A stretch of 64,000 nt of DNA from Batkoa obscura (lineage: Eukaryota): assembly GCA_030770535.1 (NCBI GenBank), contig JASVEC010000018.1:124001-188000 (forward strand), in the 5' to 3' direction. This document shows positions 1-13,900 of this stretch, piece after piece. Within the stretch, counting starts at the first letter, position 1. Each line of letters starts with the position of its first letter. The notes below the pieces were generated by a model that was not told the DNA's origin, did not search any database, and saw only the letters and a list, made by a program, of their open reading frames with translations. The position numbers were made by a program, and so were the translations under genes.

Positions 1-401
1 GTCATCTTCTTATTTTTGGCTTGTTCTTGAGAATGATCATGAGCTGACTTCATGAGACAATTATCAACATAAAGTGGCTTTTTACCGGCTTTAGCACGCA
101 CAGCGTTAACGCGGCAAATCATTTCATTATCACCAGAAGGTGGGGAAGTTTCTTGTGGTGGTGGAGTCTGTGGTTGAGTAGTAGTTTCTTTAGGGACCTC
201 ATAAGATGGAGCTGGAGCTTCAGTGGTACATTGATTAATGTAAACAGTAGAAGCAGGTTGAGAAACAGTAACAGTTACGGTTTGAATTTGTGGCTGGTAA
301 TTACCATATTCATATTCAGGGTTTTTATTATAATGCTCACTACCAGCAACGGAAGCAATAGCAGTTAATGATAAAAAGGAATATAAACCAGAGAACTTCA
401 T
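1..401 (-). CDS. Secreted CAP/SCP (PR-1-like) protein, 5' part; runs off the window edge
   Basis: ATG at 401 reads MKFSGLYSFLSLTAIASVAG (signal peptide), a Pro/Thr linker, then EMICRVNAVRAKAGKKPLYVDNCLMKSAHDHSQEQAKNKKMT, paralogous to 2453-3154. Not in the ORF track. Confidence 0.88.
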   Translation of the reverse strand, partial: MKFSGLYSFLSLTAIASVAGSEHYNKNPEYEYGNYQPQIQTVTVTVSQPASTVYINQCTTEAPAPSYEVPKETTTQPQTPPPQETSPPSGDNEMICRVNAVRAKAGKKPLYVDNCLMKSAHDHSQEQAKNKKM

Positions 402-2452
402 TATATTATATATTAATTAGAGAAATATAGACAGAGAGATTATTGCTGAGGGTTAAATAAAACTAAATTTTATTAAAAAAGAAAAAAGTATCATTTATAT
501 ACCCAGTTACCATGGATATGGTACGAGAATAAAGACTGATTAAAATAGAAATTTATTTTTTAATTTCAAGAAGTACAAGTTCTTAAAATTCAATTTATTA
601 AAGAAAAATAGTTGGTAGCTTGACTGGATCAACTTCCAAATTTAGAAAAAAAGAAATTAATCTTTTATTAAAAGTGGCTTATTTAAGTCAACATAAAACA
701 ATTAATATATTACAAAATAATTTAAAGAGTGAAGGTATTATATATAATATATAAAGTTCGATCTACTTTATAGTAAACTTCTTCATTTTAATATATATAT
801 AAACATTTACACTTGAAAGGGTAATACCATTAATGCTTTAAAGTGTAGTAAAATTCAATAAAGGGAAAAGACAAAGGGAAAATTATAATAAATCCATGAA
901 CTAGGTTATAGAATATAATATAAATATTTTTAAAGTTTTTTCGAAAAGAATAAAAGGAAATTTAAGGAGTAAGTTAAGTAGAGAGAATAAAAAATTTAAT
1001 TATAAGGTAAGAGTACCCCAACTCTATGGGTTTATGTTCCATTTACTGTTTAACATAAGTTAAGTTTTGTAAGATAAAATATCACAAGTGGATGAAGAAA
1101 ATTTATTCTCCAACTTTATTTATCTTTTAAAGAATTTAATTTGAACTTTTTTTCAACTTAATTGAGAATTATGACAATATAGATACCGGTAGTTAATATT
1201 CAATGCACCATTTTTTAGATAAAAATATAGGTTTATTTATTAATTTAGTAGATATGATTTTGATATATTAAGGGTACATAGTTAATTGCATTTAAGGGTC
1301 GTCAAAATCATTCTGAAAAATAGCTAATCGTTGATAGTATGGAAACTTTGACAAGTAACTTCTCCATTAATATTTAACTCTTAAATTTCAAAAATTTAGC
1401 TCAAAAAAGAAAACGATTAATTATATAGTCTATAGCATAATAAACAACAATAAACAACAATAAAAAACATATAATTTGTTATATTTATAATATGTTGTTA
1501 AAATAATATAATAACAATAATATAATAAAATAGTAAAATAATAATATAATAAAATAGCAAAATAGTAAAATAATAAAATAAAAGCTTAATTATTTTAATA
1601 TGAAATCAGGATGCTTTTTGATAAGGAATAAAGTATATCATGCATATTTACTTCAATAAGATCTTATCAAAGAAATTCAAGTTTTTATTTTATTTATGTA
1701 AATTTAATATAAGTGATATATTTTAACTTTGTTTTCTATAAGCTAGTATTCACTAGCATTTACGTTTAAAAAATAAAACCTTTTGGCTATATGATTGGAT
1801 CTAAAATTAGCTTATATAGTTTATTTTTAAAAACAAATTAGTGATTAATAATAACATTAAGTGTTAGAAATAAACCACAAAAAAAATTCTAAGTTTTATT
1901 TTTTAGATAATATTATTAAAACATAAAATTAATAGGTTTAAAATGATGAATATTAACTTTTAGAATATGTTTTATTAAAGTATAATGACCCGTATTAATA
2001 CTTAGAACTTTATTAATATTTAGTCTAATTTAAATATTAACTGACGTTGTTGTTTCTTGGCAATGTTATTACAGCACGAGACTAAATAACCACTATGTAT
2101 TATTTGAGGCTCAATAATGTCGCTATATTAATTCTACTTTAATTATTTTTTATTATAAAAGATGAATACGGTGACTGATGGCTTTTGGGGTATTACGTGG
2201 CTAAGAAAAAGTTTGAACTCTTTATTTTTGGTTTCTTTTGTCCACGTTTTGTAGAATAAAAATGATAACTCACTAATTAAATTTTTAATAGTAAAAAACA
2301 CTTATATATGCTTTAAATATATTAAAACATCAAGAAGTATTAAAAACTGATATTAAATAATTCAATTATACAATATCAAATTATTTATTTAAATTAAAAA
2401 TTAAGTATTAAGCACGGCTATTATAATTTTAAAACATAAATAAACACTTAAA

Positions 2453-3154
2453 TTAACATTGAATTGTATTTGCTTGGTCACATTGAGGTCCATTGGCAAA
2501 ATCTTGAGTCCAATATAAGTCTTGTTCACCCCAACCAAAGCAGTTATAATCTCCAATCATATTCTGATAATGACCAGGTGAATTTTTCCAAGCTTGAACA
2601 ACAGCAGTAACATCTTGTTGATTCCAAGCTACATTTTCAGAGGCACCACTACATTGGAAGCCAGCAGCTTCAATACGATCAAAGAAATTGGCAATCTTAG
2701 TACCAGTATGAGTCATTTGTTTATGTGTTGCCTGATCTTCAGAATGTAATTGAGCAGCATTCATTAATCTTGAGTCCATTTGTAACGGTTTTTTCCCTAC
2801 TTGCGCGCGAATAGCATTCACTTGACAGAGCATTTGTTTATTTCTATCACCATTATTGTTACTTGGTGGTGTACTTGGATTATTTGGTTGAGTAGGGGAT
2901 GGTTTTGGTCCATTGGTGGGTTGTGTGTTTGTAGGCCTTGGTCTTGGTCTTGGTCGTTGCTTAATGATGGTATATTTACCTGTATTAATATTCATGGGAA
3001 TATCAGCATTAAAATCAATTAATGGGAGGTTAGAATTTGAACTATCGGAGCTATAAGTTGGGTTCGAGTTACCAGTACTATAACTTGGGTTATAAACAGC
3101 AGAGGCATGGACAGATAAAGAGAAAAGGAAGTTAATGAGTAAGGTGGATTTCAT
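2453..3154 (-). CDS. Secreted CAP/SCP domain protein
   Basis: Signal peptide, Pro/Asn linker, CAP motifs VNAIRA, AAQLHSEDQA..MTH, ENVA, WKNSPGHYQNM. Intronless. Confidence 0.92.
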   Translation of the reverse strand: MKSTLLINFLFSLSVHASAVYNPSYSTGNSNPTYSSDSSNSNLPLIDFNADIPMNINTGKYTIIKQRPRPRPRPTNTQPTNGPKPSPTQPNNPSTPPSNNNGDRNKQMLCQVNAIRAQVGKKPLQMDSRLMNAAQLHSEDQATHKQMTHTGTKIANFFDRIEAAGFQCSGASENVAWNQQDVTAVVQAWKNSPGHYQNMIGDYNCFGWGEQDLYWTQDFANGPQCDQANTIQC

Positions 3155-4419
3155 TTTGAAAGGCTATTGTTATTATTTACTATCAAAGTAATATTTTGCT
3201 TTGATTTTATTGAATATATACTATCTATTTATACTACTATTTTATACATATTTTCTATCTCCCTATTCATCAAATTGATTTGGGTATTTTTTTTCGTTAT
3301 AAAATAAAAAAGGAGATGTGGGGTATAAAGTAAAATGTTAATAGAAATAGCGTGATATGTTTTAAACAATTAATCAATGAAATTGTTGATTAATGGTAGT
3401 GTATAGCATTTATAAAATATAAAAAATATTATGTATATTTTATTTATTTACTTATTTATTTTTATGTCATATAGAAAACTATATCAGATACGATTAATCA
3501 AATAAATTGACAAAAGATGTCAAGAATATAATATTTTTTAGTTTAGTTTAATTAATTATTTAATTAACTAATATATTTACTACCATGGGGTAAAATATAC
3601 TTTTTACTATTGCAATGATTTAAACATTTATATTAAATTATAACATACAATATCATTAAGTAATCAAAAATGAGGCAAAATTTTAACTGATTTATTTTTA
3701 AAATTTTGGATATATTCCGTTTAATTTATGTTAGTTTAACGACTATTAAATTAACAACTAAAAAATAAAGGTGTACAATTAGATAATATAAAATATCTAA
3801 TAGTATCCTTAATAAACTATTTTTAAAAATACATTTCTATTTAATTTCAATTTTTTATAAAATTATAGGATCAAAATACTCAGAACTAGAACTGATTGTA
3901 TTTAGATACTTTCATTATTTTTTAATTTGCTATGAGTTCCTTTTGTAATGAATTAATGGGTTATATACACTAATTTATTTAATAAATTCACTATAAAAGA
4001 AATTAATGACAAACTAAAAAGAATTAGAGGTATCTAAATGTAATCGATCCTAGAATTTAAAAAATTGTTTCAGCTCTTTCACTATAATATAACAAATTGA
4101 AATTCATGTATTAAAAAAATTGTATCTCTTTTGCAGTATTACTACCTATCAACCATAATAAATGCTCAATCTTTTGAATTAATTGCTTATAGCATGGATC
4201 TGAATAGACGCATAATTGTAACCAATCAGGAAGCTTACTCAAGATATTATTAGTATTGATAATTTGGGCAAATCCTTAATTTATCATAGTTATCCACTTT
4301 ACCAAATATACCTTATTTAATGATAATAATGAATAAACTAAGGGGGTGGTAGAACCTATTAGTTAGAGCAATAAAACATATGATACTATATAAAAAACCT
4401 TTTTTAAAATAGTTTAATA

Positions 4420-5040
4420 ATGAGAAAAAAATCAGATGAAGACAATATACTTTTAGTTTTAAAAACCCTTGAAGAAGATGAAAACTCAAGTGTTCAACGA
4501 GCAGAAGGAATATATAATGTAAGTAAGTCTGCATTACTTTGACAAAAGAACGGTGTAAGAGCACGAAAACATGTTGAATCAATTGCCAAAAGGTTAACTA
4601 TACTACAAGAAGATGTTATTATTGAGTATATAATCGATTTATGTAATCGGAAAGTGACACCTAGATCGGATGATACAATAAAGATGGCTAATGGATTACT
4701 TAGATTGTGTGGAGGAAAGCCAGTGGACAAAAATTGGGTTTGGTTGTTTGTAAAAAGGCAATCAAAGTTACATGCTTTTTAAAAGAAGACAGAAAAATAA
4801 AAACAAATCAGCACAAATAAATATTTTGTTTGTTTGGATATCAAAATCAGCAGAAACTAAATAAAATAACAGAACAAACTAATTTTATGAAACATTAGGT
4901 TAAAAACTATTATATTGAATCGCCCACATTATTAAATAAAGCTATTGAGTTATCTGAAGATAGTAATGAAAGAGCTTTACACCAAAACATTCTTCTTCAA
5001 TTGAGGATTGAGGAACTTGAGAAGTCTAATAAAAAATGTT
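4420..5040 (+). mobile_element. Degenerate, internally deleted pogo/Fot1-type transposase relic
   Basis: From ATG 4420: ...GIYNVSKSALL*QKNG...KRLTILQEDVIIEYIIDLCNRKVTPRSDDTIKMANGLLRLCGGKPVDKNWVWLFVKRQSKL (HTH-psq plus CENP-B HTH pattern, in-frame stop). The later SPTLLNKAIE...HQNILLQLRIEELEKSN resembles the C-terminal coil. No DDE core seen. Confidence 0.8.
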
Positions 5041-5711
5041 AATCAAGGTGGAGTACATGCTATTGAGTGCACTTGAGGAACTTTATGGTGTCTTGAGGAA
5101 ATTTGATAGCAAAAAAGGATGTAAGAAATGAACGGATATGATTGATGAAAGTATGAAGATGTTGTGTACAAGAATATAAAGACAGATATTCAATGAAATT
5201 TTAACTGTCTTTTTATTTTGAAATAAAATTATACTAATTAAAGTTGTTATTTTAAAAAATTAACAATGTTAGCTTTTTATCATTTACTTATCAAGTATAT
5301 CAAATTGTAGAATTATAAAAAACTATCAAAATAAGTCCTAGATTTAATTAGCACTAGTTTAATACAGCTTTATACATTGTAAAAGATATAACTTAATAAA
5401 ATGTAATTTTATTTTACTCAAAAAAATTTTAACTATGGCTATTCAAGCAATAAAATAGAATATAATTAGTAATAAACAAAATACAAATTATAAGTACGTC
5501 TTTGTATTTTATATACAAAAATACTTTATTTATTTACTATTATAAAATTAACTTGATGCATCATATTCAATACAAAAGTTAAATAAATTAAATAACATAA
5601 TAACATTAGATATAAACTAAACTTAACCAATAAAACAATTCAAAGAATCAGCTTATTTCTATGGCAATAAATTTCTAGTCACAATCTAAAGCTTTTTAAT
5701 CAACAGAAGAA

Positions 5712-6559
5712 ATGAATATTAAAGTAACTACTCAAATATATGAAGCATGTAATCAGGTGTTACAAGTATCAACAGTAGATAATAATTTAAAGAAAAAAAT
5801 TGAATCAAAATTAAAACCAAATAATAACAATAATAATAATACTAATAACGAAGAAGAGGACTTAAACATATCAATGGAATTATTGATTCAAATATCCCAA
5901 TTTCTGCTAGCGATAGAAAGAAAGGATGGTAAGGATGTTAGTAAGTTGATTTAAGGATGATGTATTGAGAACTAATATATTAATTATTTTAATTTAGCAA
6001 AAAGTAAATATTGGGTACATGAGTTAGTGAGTGGAAGTTCCATTTATTTTAATAAACCAAAAACAGCTAAAAGAGTAAATTTAATATCCTTTTCATTATA
6101 GCCTCTTTTTAACATGTTCCTTTTTAGGATGAACAGCTTGACCAAAGATTACAGGAAATAAATACTGATAATGAAAATCAAGCATATTATCGCATGGTTA
6201 CAAATGTTGATCCAACATTTCGTTTTCAAAATGATAGAGATAATGATAATCATCATCCACTACCTACCTTATCTGAAAATATCAAAGAAACCAATCAACA
6301 ATTAACTGCTATTGTTAACATAGCTTTAACTATAGTGGCGGTGTTTGTTGCTGTTTATTGGGTATCGTATACATTCTCAAGTGATATTAGTTTGGTAAGT
6401 GTATTTTTTATTAGGATATTTTAATATTGATATTAATGTTTTTTACCATCATAGAGAGTTTTACTGTCTTTTTTTGCTTCTTTAATTGTCGGAGTAGCAG
6501 AAGCATTTTTATATATTCGATATCTTAATAATCAAAGTAATCAATTAAGACCATTATAA
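5712..6559 (+). CDS. VMA12: V-ATPase assembly factor Vma12/TMEM199 (4 exons)
   Basis: Spliced product has WVHELVSGSSIY, ENQAYYRMVTNVDP, two TM helices (QLTAIVNIALTIVAVFVAVYW; RVLLSFFASLIVGVAEAFLY) and TAA at 6557-6559. Confidence 0.85.
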
Positions 6560-6634
6560 AAACTCAATAAAAAATGGTTTATTATTTAGAATCCATTTGC
6601 ATTTATTTATTAGAATTAAATATGTATATAATAT

Positions 6635-7625
6635 TTATTGATCAATAACAGACAACTAAAAAATAGATAACATATTAATAAATATCATAGCATAAAATAG
6701 AATAATAAACTTACATAATTTGATGGTGCCATCCCAATTTCATTATTAATCTTTAATACTTTCCACCAATTCCCTTGTTGATTTAAAATTTCCATAACTT
6801 CATTTTTACTAAAAGAAACTTCTTCTTTGGATTGGGCTTGATAAGAGAAATTAGCTCTTGCTCTAACATAACTGTCTGATCCACTTAAAGTGCCATTTAA
6901 TTGACTTGAGTAAGCTGCATTATTTAATCCACTACTGAATTGGGCGGGATCAAAGTCATCATCTTCGTAACTGATATTGTTGATGGAGTTGGATACGGGA
7001 CTTGTTGCTCCACTAAAGAAATAATCGGATTGACCACTAAGGTAATAGGATAAGGTACCTGGATTGCTGGAAACTAAAAGAAGCCAGAAGGACTAAGAAA
7101 TAGGATCAATAAAATAGAATACATAGAAATGAAACTAGATTACTAGAACAATGATTTGAATTACAGAACCAATCAATACCATGGCTAATAATTTATCATT
7201 TTCAACATTACCAATACCTTCAATACGAATATGATTGCCTAATAACATAATAGCTAAACTTTGTAAAAAGACTAACTATTCAATCAAAAATCATATTAGT
7301 AATTTGATAAACAGGTTGTAGCTTTTAGTTGATAAGCATTGTATTGAAATTCACTTACTTGGGATTTATAATCTTGAATCTGCCTTGATCTCACCACATA
7401 AATAGTAAATATAAAGGTAATTAAAGATAGAAATAAATAGATCCATGAGAAATTAAATAGCTTCAGAAAGCCAGACCCAATGATGGATAAGACCCAACCA
7501 GACTATAAATTTAAGATTAGTACATTTTAGGTTCTGATAATTTAAGGGTCATTGAACCTTACTGCTAAAAAAAAAGACGATAATAACCAAAGGGTATCTG
7601 CAAAAGATACAAAACTCAATTTCAT
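6635..7625 (-). CDS. SHO1: Sho1-like osmosensor: N-terminal TM helices plus C-terminal SH3 (multi-exon)
   Basis: Hydrophobic N-terminal exons (SGWVLSIIGSG...) and an SH3 domain ARANFSYQAQSKEEVSFSKNEVMEILNQQGNWWKVLKINNEIGMAPSNY. Not in the ORF track. Confidence 0.8.
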
Positions 7626-7905
7626 TGTTTTTTGTTTTATTATTGATTATTAAAGATTATTATTTAATTAAATTAATTAAAAGTAAATATTCGCATTTTT
7701 AAAACTCAAATTATTGTTGTTCCTATATTTGTTCTTTTAATTCTAATTAATTAATTCACATTTTCATTATTTCTATACAAAGTTACTAAATTAATTCAAT
7801 TTATTCTTAAATTTGAAATCTCATATTTCTAGCCCTATTCATATAAACAATAAAACAATAAAAATTTGTCCAACATGTAAAAATAAATTATTCAACTTTT
7901 TATTT

Positions 7906-7907
<2 letters not shown>

Positions 7908-7954
<47 letters not shown>

Positions 7955-7966
7955 TAATAATAATAA
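7908..7966. repeat. (AAT)n microsatellite
   Basis: About 19 tandem AAT units with one AAC variant, directly 3' of the CHD gene. Confidence 0.9.
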
Positions 7967-7985
7967 CGATAAAACATAAACTAGA

Positions 7986-10900
7986 TTAATCATCTTCCGT
8001 TAAATCAATAACTTTGCTCTTTTGAAAATCCGGTTTTAGAGCTTCTTTTCGATTCCTACTATTATCACTTCCTTCCTTTACTATCAATTCTTTATTTGTA
8101 TTTTCAATACTCTCTTTTTTGGGCAAAGTGACTGTAATACCCTCTACTTTACCGTTATCAATAGCGCTAGTGTTTTGCACTTGATTGTCTGATGGGATAA
8201 TAATCTTCTGATTACTATGATCCCTACTGTTCTCCATACAACTTTGTTGTAACTCAGTAGCAACGCTATCATTTTCATTACCACTGTTATGAATGTCACT
8301 ATTACTTCCTGTGGCTTGTTGTTGTGGAGCAGCAATAGAAATATTTTTACCAATATGATTTATGATATTATTGTTATCATTAGCTGTATTGACTTGTTCT
8401 GATGGGGGAATTGTAGAATGATTTTGAGGGCCATTGGTGCTATTAATAGTAGCTTTTTGTGAGGAAGTAACCAAAGGTGCAGAATTTGTAGCATTTTGGT
8501 GGTCATTGATAGCACTATTATTTACAGCAGTTTGGTGTGACAAAGCAGCTGCAGGGTTGGGATCAATAAACATAATATCAGGGTTATTAATAATACTATC
8601 AATGGAAGCTTGGTTTGGTGGAGTTATAAAATTACTTGTACGATTTTGATTGCTTATAGTATTTGATTGTGATAAAGCAAGGTTAGCATTAAAATTTTGC
8701 ACTTGAGCTCCTATTAGCCGATGAGGTTGAGTAATCATAGACACTTGACGTTCTTGAGCATGAGGCTCAGCCTGTTGTTGAACCAATGGTGGAGTTATTA
8801 CGTTGGATACTTTATTAAATATATACGATGTTAATGTTTAACTATCAATGATACAAATAATAATTACCTGGGGCCCTATGTTTTTCTGCGTAGTGTTTTA
8901 CAAGATTTTTAATATGGTTGATCTCTGCAGCACCATTGGGATGAGGAGCAAGAGGAATATGTCTTGGATTCGTCTGTTGTGTAGAGTAAAGATTTTGATT
9001 ATTAGGATCAATTGGCCTATTTACAGAAACATTTTGGTACATAGGTTGCAAATTTTGAAAGTTCTGAATATTAATAACAGGGGATAGTTTCGTTGATAAT
9101 CCCTTATTTTCCTTAACATACATTATTTTTCGATAATTTGTAACAATAAAATCTACTTGTTGAGGCGTAAGAGATATAGGATGTTTGAATAAGCGCCCAT
9201 CGCTTATTCTTGAAACAACGTATTGGTCTTCAGCAGTGACTGGCCTATTTGAAGGTGATGTAAAGTTTATCTTATGTGGAGGTGGATGACTAAAAGCCTG
9301 CTGAGTTGGTGGATACACAGGTTGTTGCGGCATAAGTTGCTGAGGCGGATATTGTTGAGGCGCAGTTCCTTGAGAAGAGGTCCTTATATGTTGAATAAGG
9401 ACTGGATGAGGATGATTCGGCATATGATTAAATATCATAGGATTCCCTGCTAGTCGTGGATCATTAGGGAGCATGTTTAGAGGAGTTATAGGACCATGAA
9501 TAGAACTTTGTCGTTGTCGTATATGTTGAGAATGTTGATATATGCTTTGATTTGATACAAATGCATTGACCTGATTTGTTTGTTCTCGTTTCTTAAAGTA
9601 GTCTGTATCATTGCCAAAATTAACGGAAACCGGGCTTTGTACGACTGTGTTATTAGGAGCTAGGTTATTTTGAATATGAATATTCTGTGGCCTTCTAGAA
9701 TTTTGATTTTGCATAACTCGTGGTCCGGGAGATTGGATGTTTGGTCTCATATTAACCATATTTTGTGATATCATGTTTGGATGTGTACCATGCCTATGTT
9801 GTGGCCACATGTTTTGTATATTAGGCATACGTTGTGGTTTCATATTGCTTGGATTATTATGAGTAGCTTGTAGTGTAATAGATTGAATAGTTGGTTGTAT
9901 GTTAGACATATTTTTAGCATTACTACTTGAGCCATTTGTACCATCAGATAAGTTAACGTCATTTGATTCTTTTTTTAAAGGTAAATGATTCGAACTTGAC
10001 ATCTGAGAACCTTGAGCATGTGAACTTAATACGCTTGGTGCGATTATAGATAGCTGTCGGTTATTATTGGTAGTACTATGATTTGTATTAGGCGCTTCAG
10101 TAGGGCGTGTTTGAATATAATTGTTGATTTCGGGTATACTTTGATTTAAAGCTTGATTGTTTCCTTGGTACCCATTGTTATCGAGAAATATGGTGGCATT
10201 TGAAACTCTATATGAGTTGTTTGGTGTACTATCCACAACGTTCGCAGTTTTTGTGCCTGGGATCATATTTTTATTCACAGGATTTTTCTCATAGTTTGTG
10301 TCAGCACCAGTCAAATGTGCCAGTGGGAATTTTGCTTCTTTGAGTTCACGGGAAAGTTCTGGACCATCATAAGGTTTTAAGTGTCTCTGTAAAAAGTCCC
10401 ATTGTAAAAACACATCATATTTTGGATCCTTTTCTAAAATTCCTGGATTTATTTCTTTTGTGGCAATTAATTCCAAAACTTCAAAATTATATTTATATAG
10501 TGGGCATTGTGTTTTATGGTGCAACTTGCACATAAAGCACGAATAGCTAGCGTATAATCTCGGTATTATCCATGGATTTGCTTTCAATACTTCTAGCTGT
10601 CCAAATACCTCTGACTTTGCTTTAAAAATACTACTCAGTGTAGTGTAATCTGCGTCATGAGCATTAGTTCCAAAAAATTTAGAAGGGAATTCAGCTTCTT
10701 TAGCTAAATTTTTTACTCTATTAAAACAAGGAAATGGCTTAGAGTAACTGTGGTTGATATTTCTATGTTGGTATGCGCTATCAATTAATTTATAATTAAC
10801 TTTCTTATCACGTGATATCTCTCTGATAGTAGTTGTATTATCAACTTCAATAACTGCTTCGGGTTCAGGTTCAGATTCAGGTTGGTCATCGCTTTGATAA

Positions 10901-13900
10901 ACATATGCGTCATAATCATCATCGTTCACTTTGTTCTTTGCTTTTTTGACGTTTCTTCTTGTTTCTTCATCACTATATTCTAATAAATTTTTAAAATTTG
11001 TAATCCTATTTTTTCTAACCCTTGCACCCCTACCAAGCTTTTCTTCAGTTTCATTACTTTGAGCTAATCTATTCTCAATAAGTGAATCCCAAAACTCATT
11101 AGCTGGTTTATTTAAATGTTCCTTATCCTGCTCAGTTTCAGCTATATCATTCTCCCAAATTTTAGCGAAAGCAAAAGCGCCTTGTGATTCAACTTTCTTT
11201 TCACCATCAACTTCCTCTTCAGTAACATTTCTTTCGAGCAGCTTGTTTAGCTGATCATTTGTATAGGATATTTCAGCCAATGGTTTGCTTTCGTCAAATA
11301 ATGCTTTTGCCCCAAATCTTATAATATTTTCAAGATCCGTATTCTTTAACTCGATGTTGCCCATTCTATCTATAATCAAATGTTCAAGAACCATCTTGTT
11401 CTTAGCTATTTCAAGTAATCTTTCTTCTATTGATCCTCTTGTTACTAACCTAATAATCAATACAGGTTTTTTTTGTCCTATACGATGTACACGGTTGAGT
11501 GCTTGAATATCTGCTTGAGGATTAAAGTCAAGATCATACATTATAACCGTATCCGCAGAGGTAAGATTAATACCCACGCCCCCTGCCCTTGTTGTAATCA
11601 AAAAAACAAAGATGTCTGAACTTTTTTCGTTAAATTTATCGATATTTGATTGTCGTATCTCAGAAGGTGTATCTCCATCAATTCTAGTATAACTATAATC
11701 TGACATATAAAGATAATCTTCCAAAATATCCAACATAATCTTAAACTGAGAGAAAATTAATACTCTATGGTTTCGCTTTTTTAGCAAGTAAAGTATACGA
11801 TCAACTAATTTAAGTTTAGCTGAAGAGCTCAAAATATGATCTAAAACTACATCATCACTCAAGTTTTCTGTATCTGGTTCAATGTTGGGAATAAGGAATG
11901 GATGCATAAGGCATTTTCTGAGATCAGAATAAATATTCCTAAGGGACACTGTAGTTGTTTCTGAGCCCCTACCTTTTCTTTCTGAAGCTATAGATGCTAG
12001 TAATTTTACATTTTTTTGCAGTGTTGCTTTATACAGATTTCTTTGTAATGAGGTCATTGTAACTGGTATGGTTCTTTCGATCTAACATATTAATAAGATG
12101 AATAATAAAAAATTGAAGTATGGTTTACCTTTTTTGGCAGCTCAATTGATACATCTTTCTTTACTCTTCTCAAAAAATAAGGTTTCAAAAGCTAAATGGT
12201 ATTAGTAATTTGTAAATGAATATTATTTAAACATACTTCGTGAAGCTTTTTAAGTGATTCTTCATTTAAATCTTCAAATTCATCAATAAATTTATCTTTA
12301 TCAGCAAACTGATCTGGATCAATATAAGACATAATGTTGAATAGTTCAGTGATATTATTTTGTAATGGTGTTCCTGTTATTAATATTTTATGATAAGTAT
12401 TCACTTTTTGCATTTGCTTAAATGTTTTTGTTTCTGAATTTTTTATACGTTGACATTCATCTAAGATAACGTTTTGCCAAGGAGCAAATTTGGTGAATAG
12501 ATTTAGATTCTCGTTAAATGTTTCATAAGTTGTTAATAATACATGCGCTTTCATAAATTCTCCTTCGAATAATCCCGTGCTTAATATCGTTTGCAATGAA
12601 TCTTTTTCACCAGCATATGTAGCTACAACCATATCTTTAGCCCAAAAATCGAATTCACGTCTCCAATTTGGTAGTACAGCTTTAGGCGCAATAATCAAGG
12701 ATGGATAAACATTATAGTTTTTGTACAATGCGTATAAGTAGGATATTATCTGAATAGTTTTACCTAGCATACATTACTACATTAATAAAAAAACGCAGTA
12801 AATGTTATACCTAAACCCATCTCATCTGCTAATATTGAGGGCTTTCCTCTACACCATTGGTATAGCAGCCAATTTAATCCATCCAGCTGATAAGGGTAAA
12901 GTGTACCACTATCTATAAACTCAGGCTGTGTCGTCATTTCAGTAAATCGCTGTCTTTCACCACAATGAAGGGATTTTTTTATTTTATAACTAGAAAGGTA
13001 TTTTAATACTAAAGGTTTACATTGCTCTTTTAACTTTACTGGCATTGATCGATAGCTTTTAGTAGTGGCTAAAAATAATTTAGCAAGTAAATACTGTAGC
13101 TGTATCTTATTACCTTCACTAAATGGAAGTCCTTCCCATTTGATTAAAATTTTTGAAATATTTTTAATTGAAGGAATAACTTTTGACCCCTTTGGACCTC
13201 TAAAAGTTGCTTCAAAAACAAGCTCTGGTATTAGCCACTCCTTTTTTATTGGATTTTCGTTAGGATCAAATCCTTCCTGTATTTTACGTTTAAAGTTTCT
13301 TAATTTTTGTGGTGAAACATTTTGTATCCATTTCTCGTGCGCCCAGATCACATCATGGTATGAATGACCACAAAATTTAATAAGATAAAGTTGATTACCG
13401 CCTATACCTAAAAAACAATAAGCTTTTAATTTATTAAAAATTTGCTACTTACCAGCTTTATAATTTAAAATCTTATCAATTTCATTTCCAAAAGTGGCAC
13501 AATAAAAACATTCATCTAAACTGAAAACTGGGTCTATCTCAAGGAAATCATATTTGGTTGATACTTTAATTCCTTGATTACATGGTTCGCAAAAAGTGAG
13601 TTGGCAATTTTCACACGTATAATAGGATTCCGAACACAGAAAACATCCTTTATTTGAGTCTTCTTCAATCGAGCCTTCTTCAGTTATATCTTCTTCAGTC
13701 AAATCTCCTGTCTCATTCTCAATTCTTACTTTCACTTTCATTGTTATTTTTTCTTCTTTCTCTTGGGATCTTTCCAAAGCTTGGTCCTCATTTTTAGATT
13801 GTATAATTTCATCATCTACATCTGTTAACGAGCTAACACTTTCGCTATCACTAAACGCCTTTGTTTCTTGATTTTCTTCAAACTCTTCATCTGATGAAGT

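Noticed and set aside
153..368. Trp-rich plus-strand ORFs (also 2801-3022)
   Set aside because: Antisense shadows of the CAP genes.
4140..4312. Coding-like fragment on the minus strand
   Set aside because: Short, broken and not assignable to any family.
4313..4730. Two minus-strand ORFs
   Set aside because: Antisense to the pogo transposase relic.
8144..13367. Small ORFs overlapping the CHD gene (similarly inside VTS1, eIF3g, DDX41, COP1, ELP5 and the GPI gene)
   Set aside because: Alternative-frame or antisense shadows of real genes.
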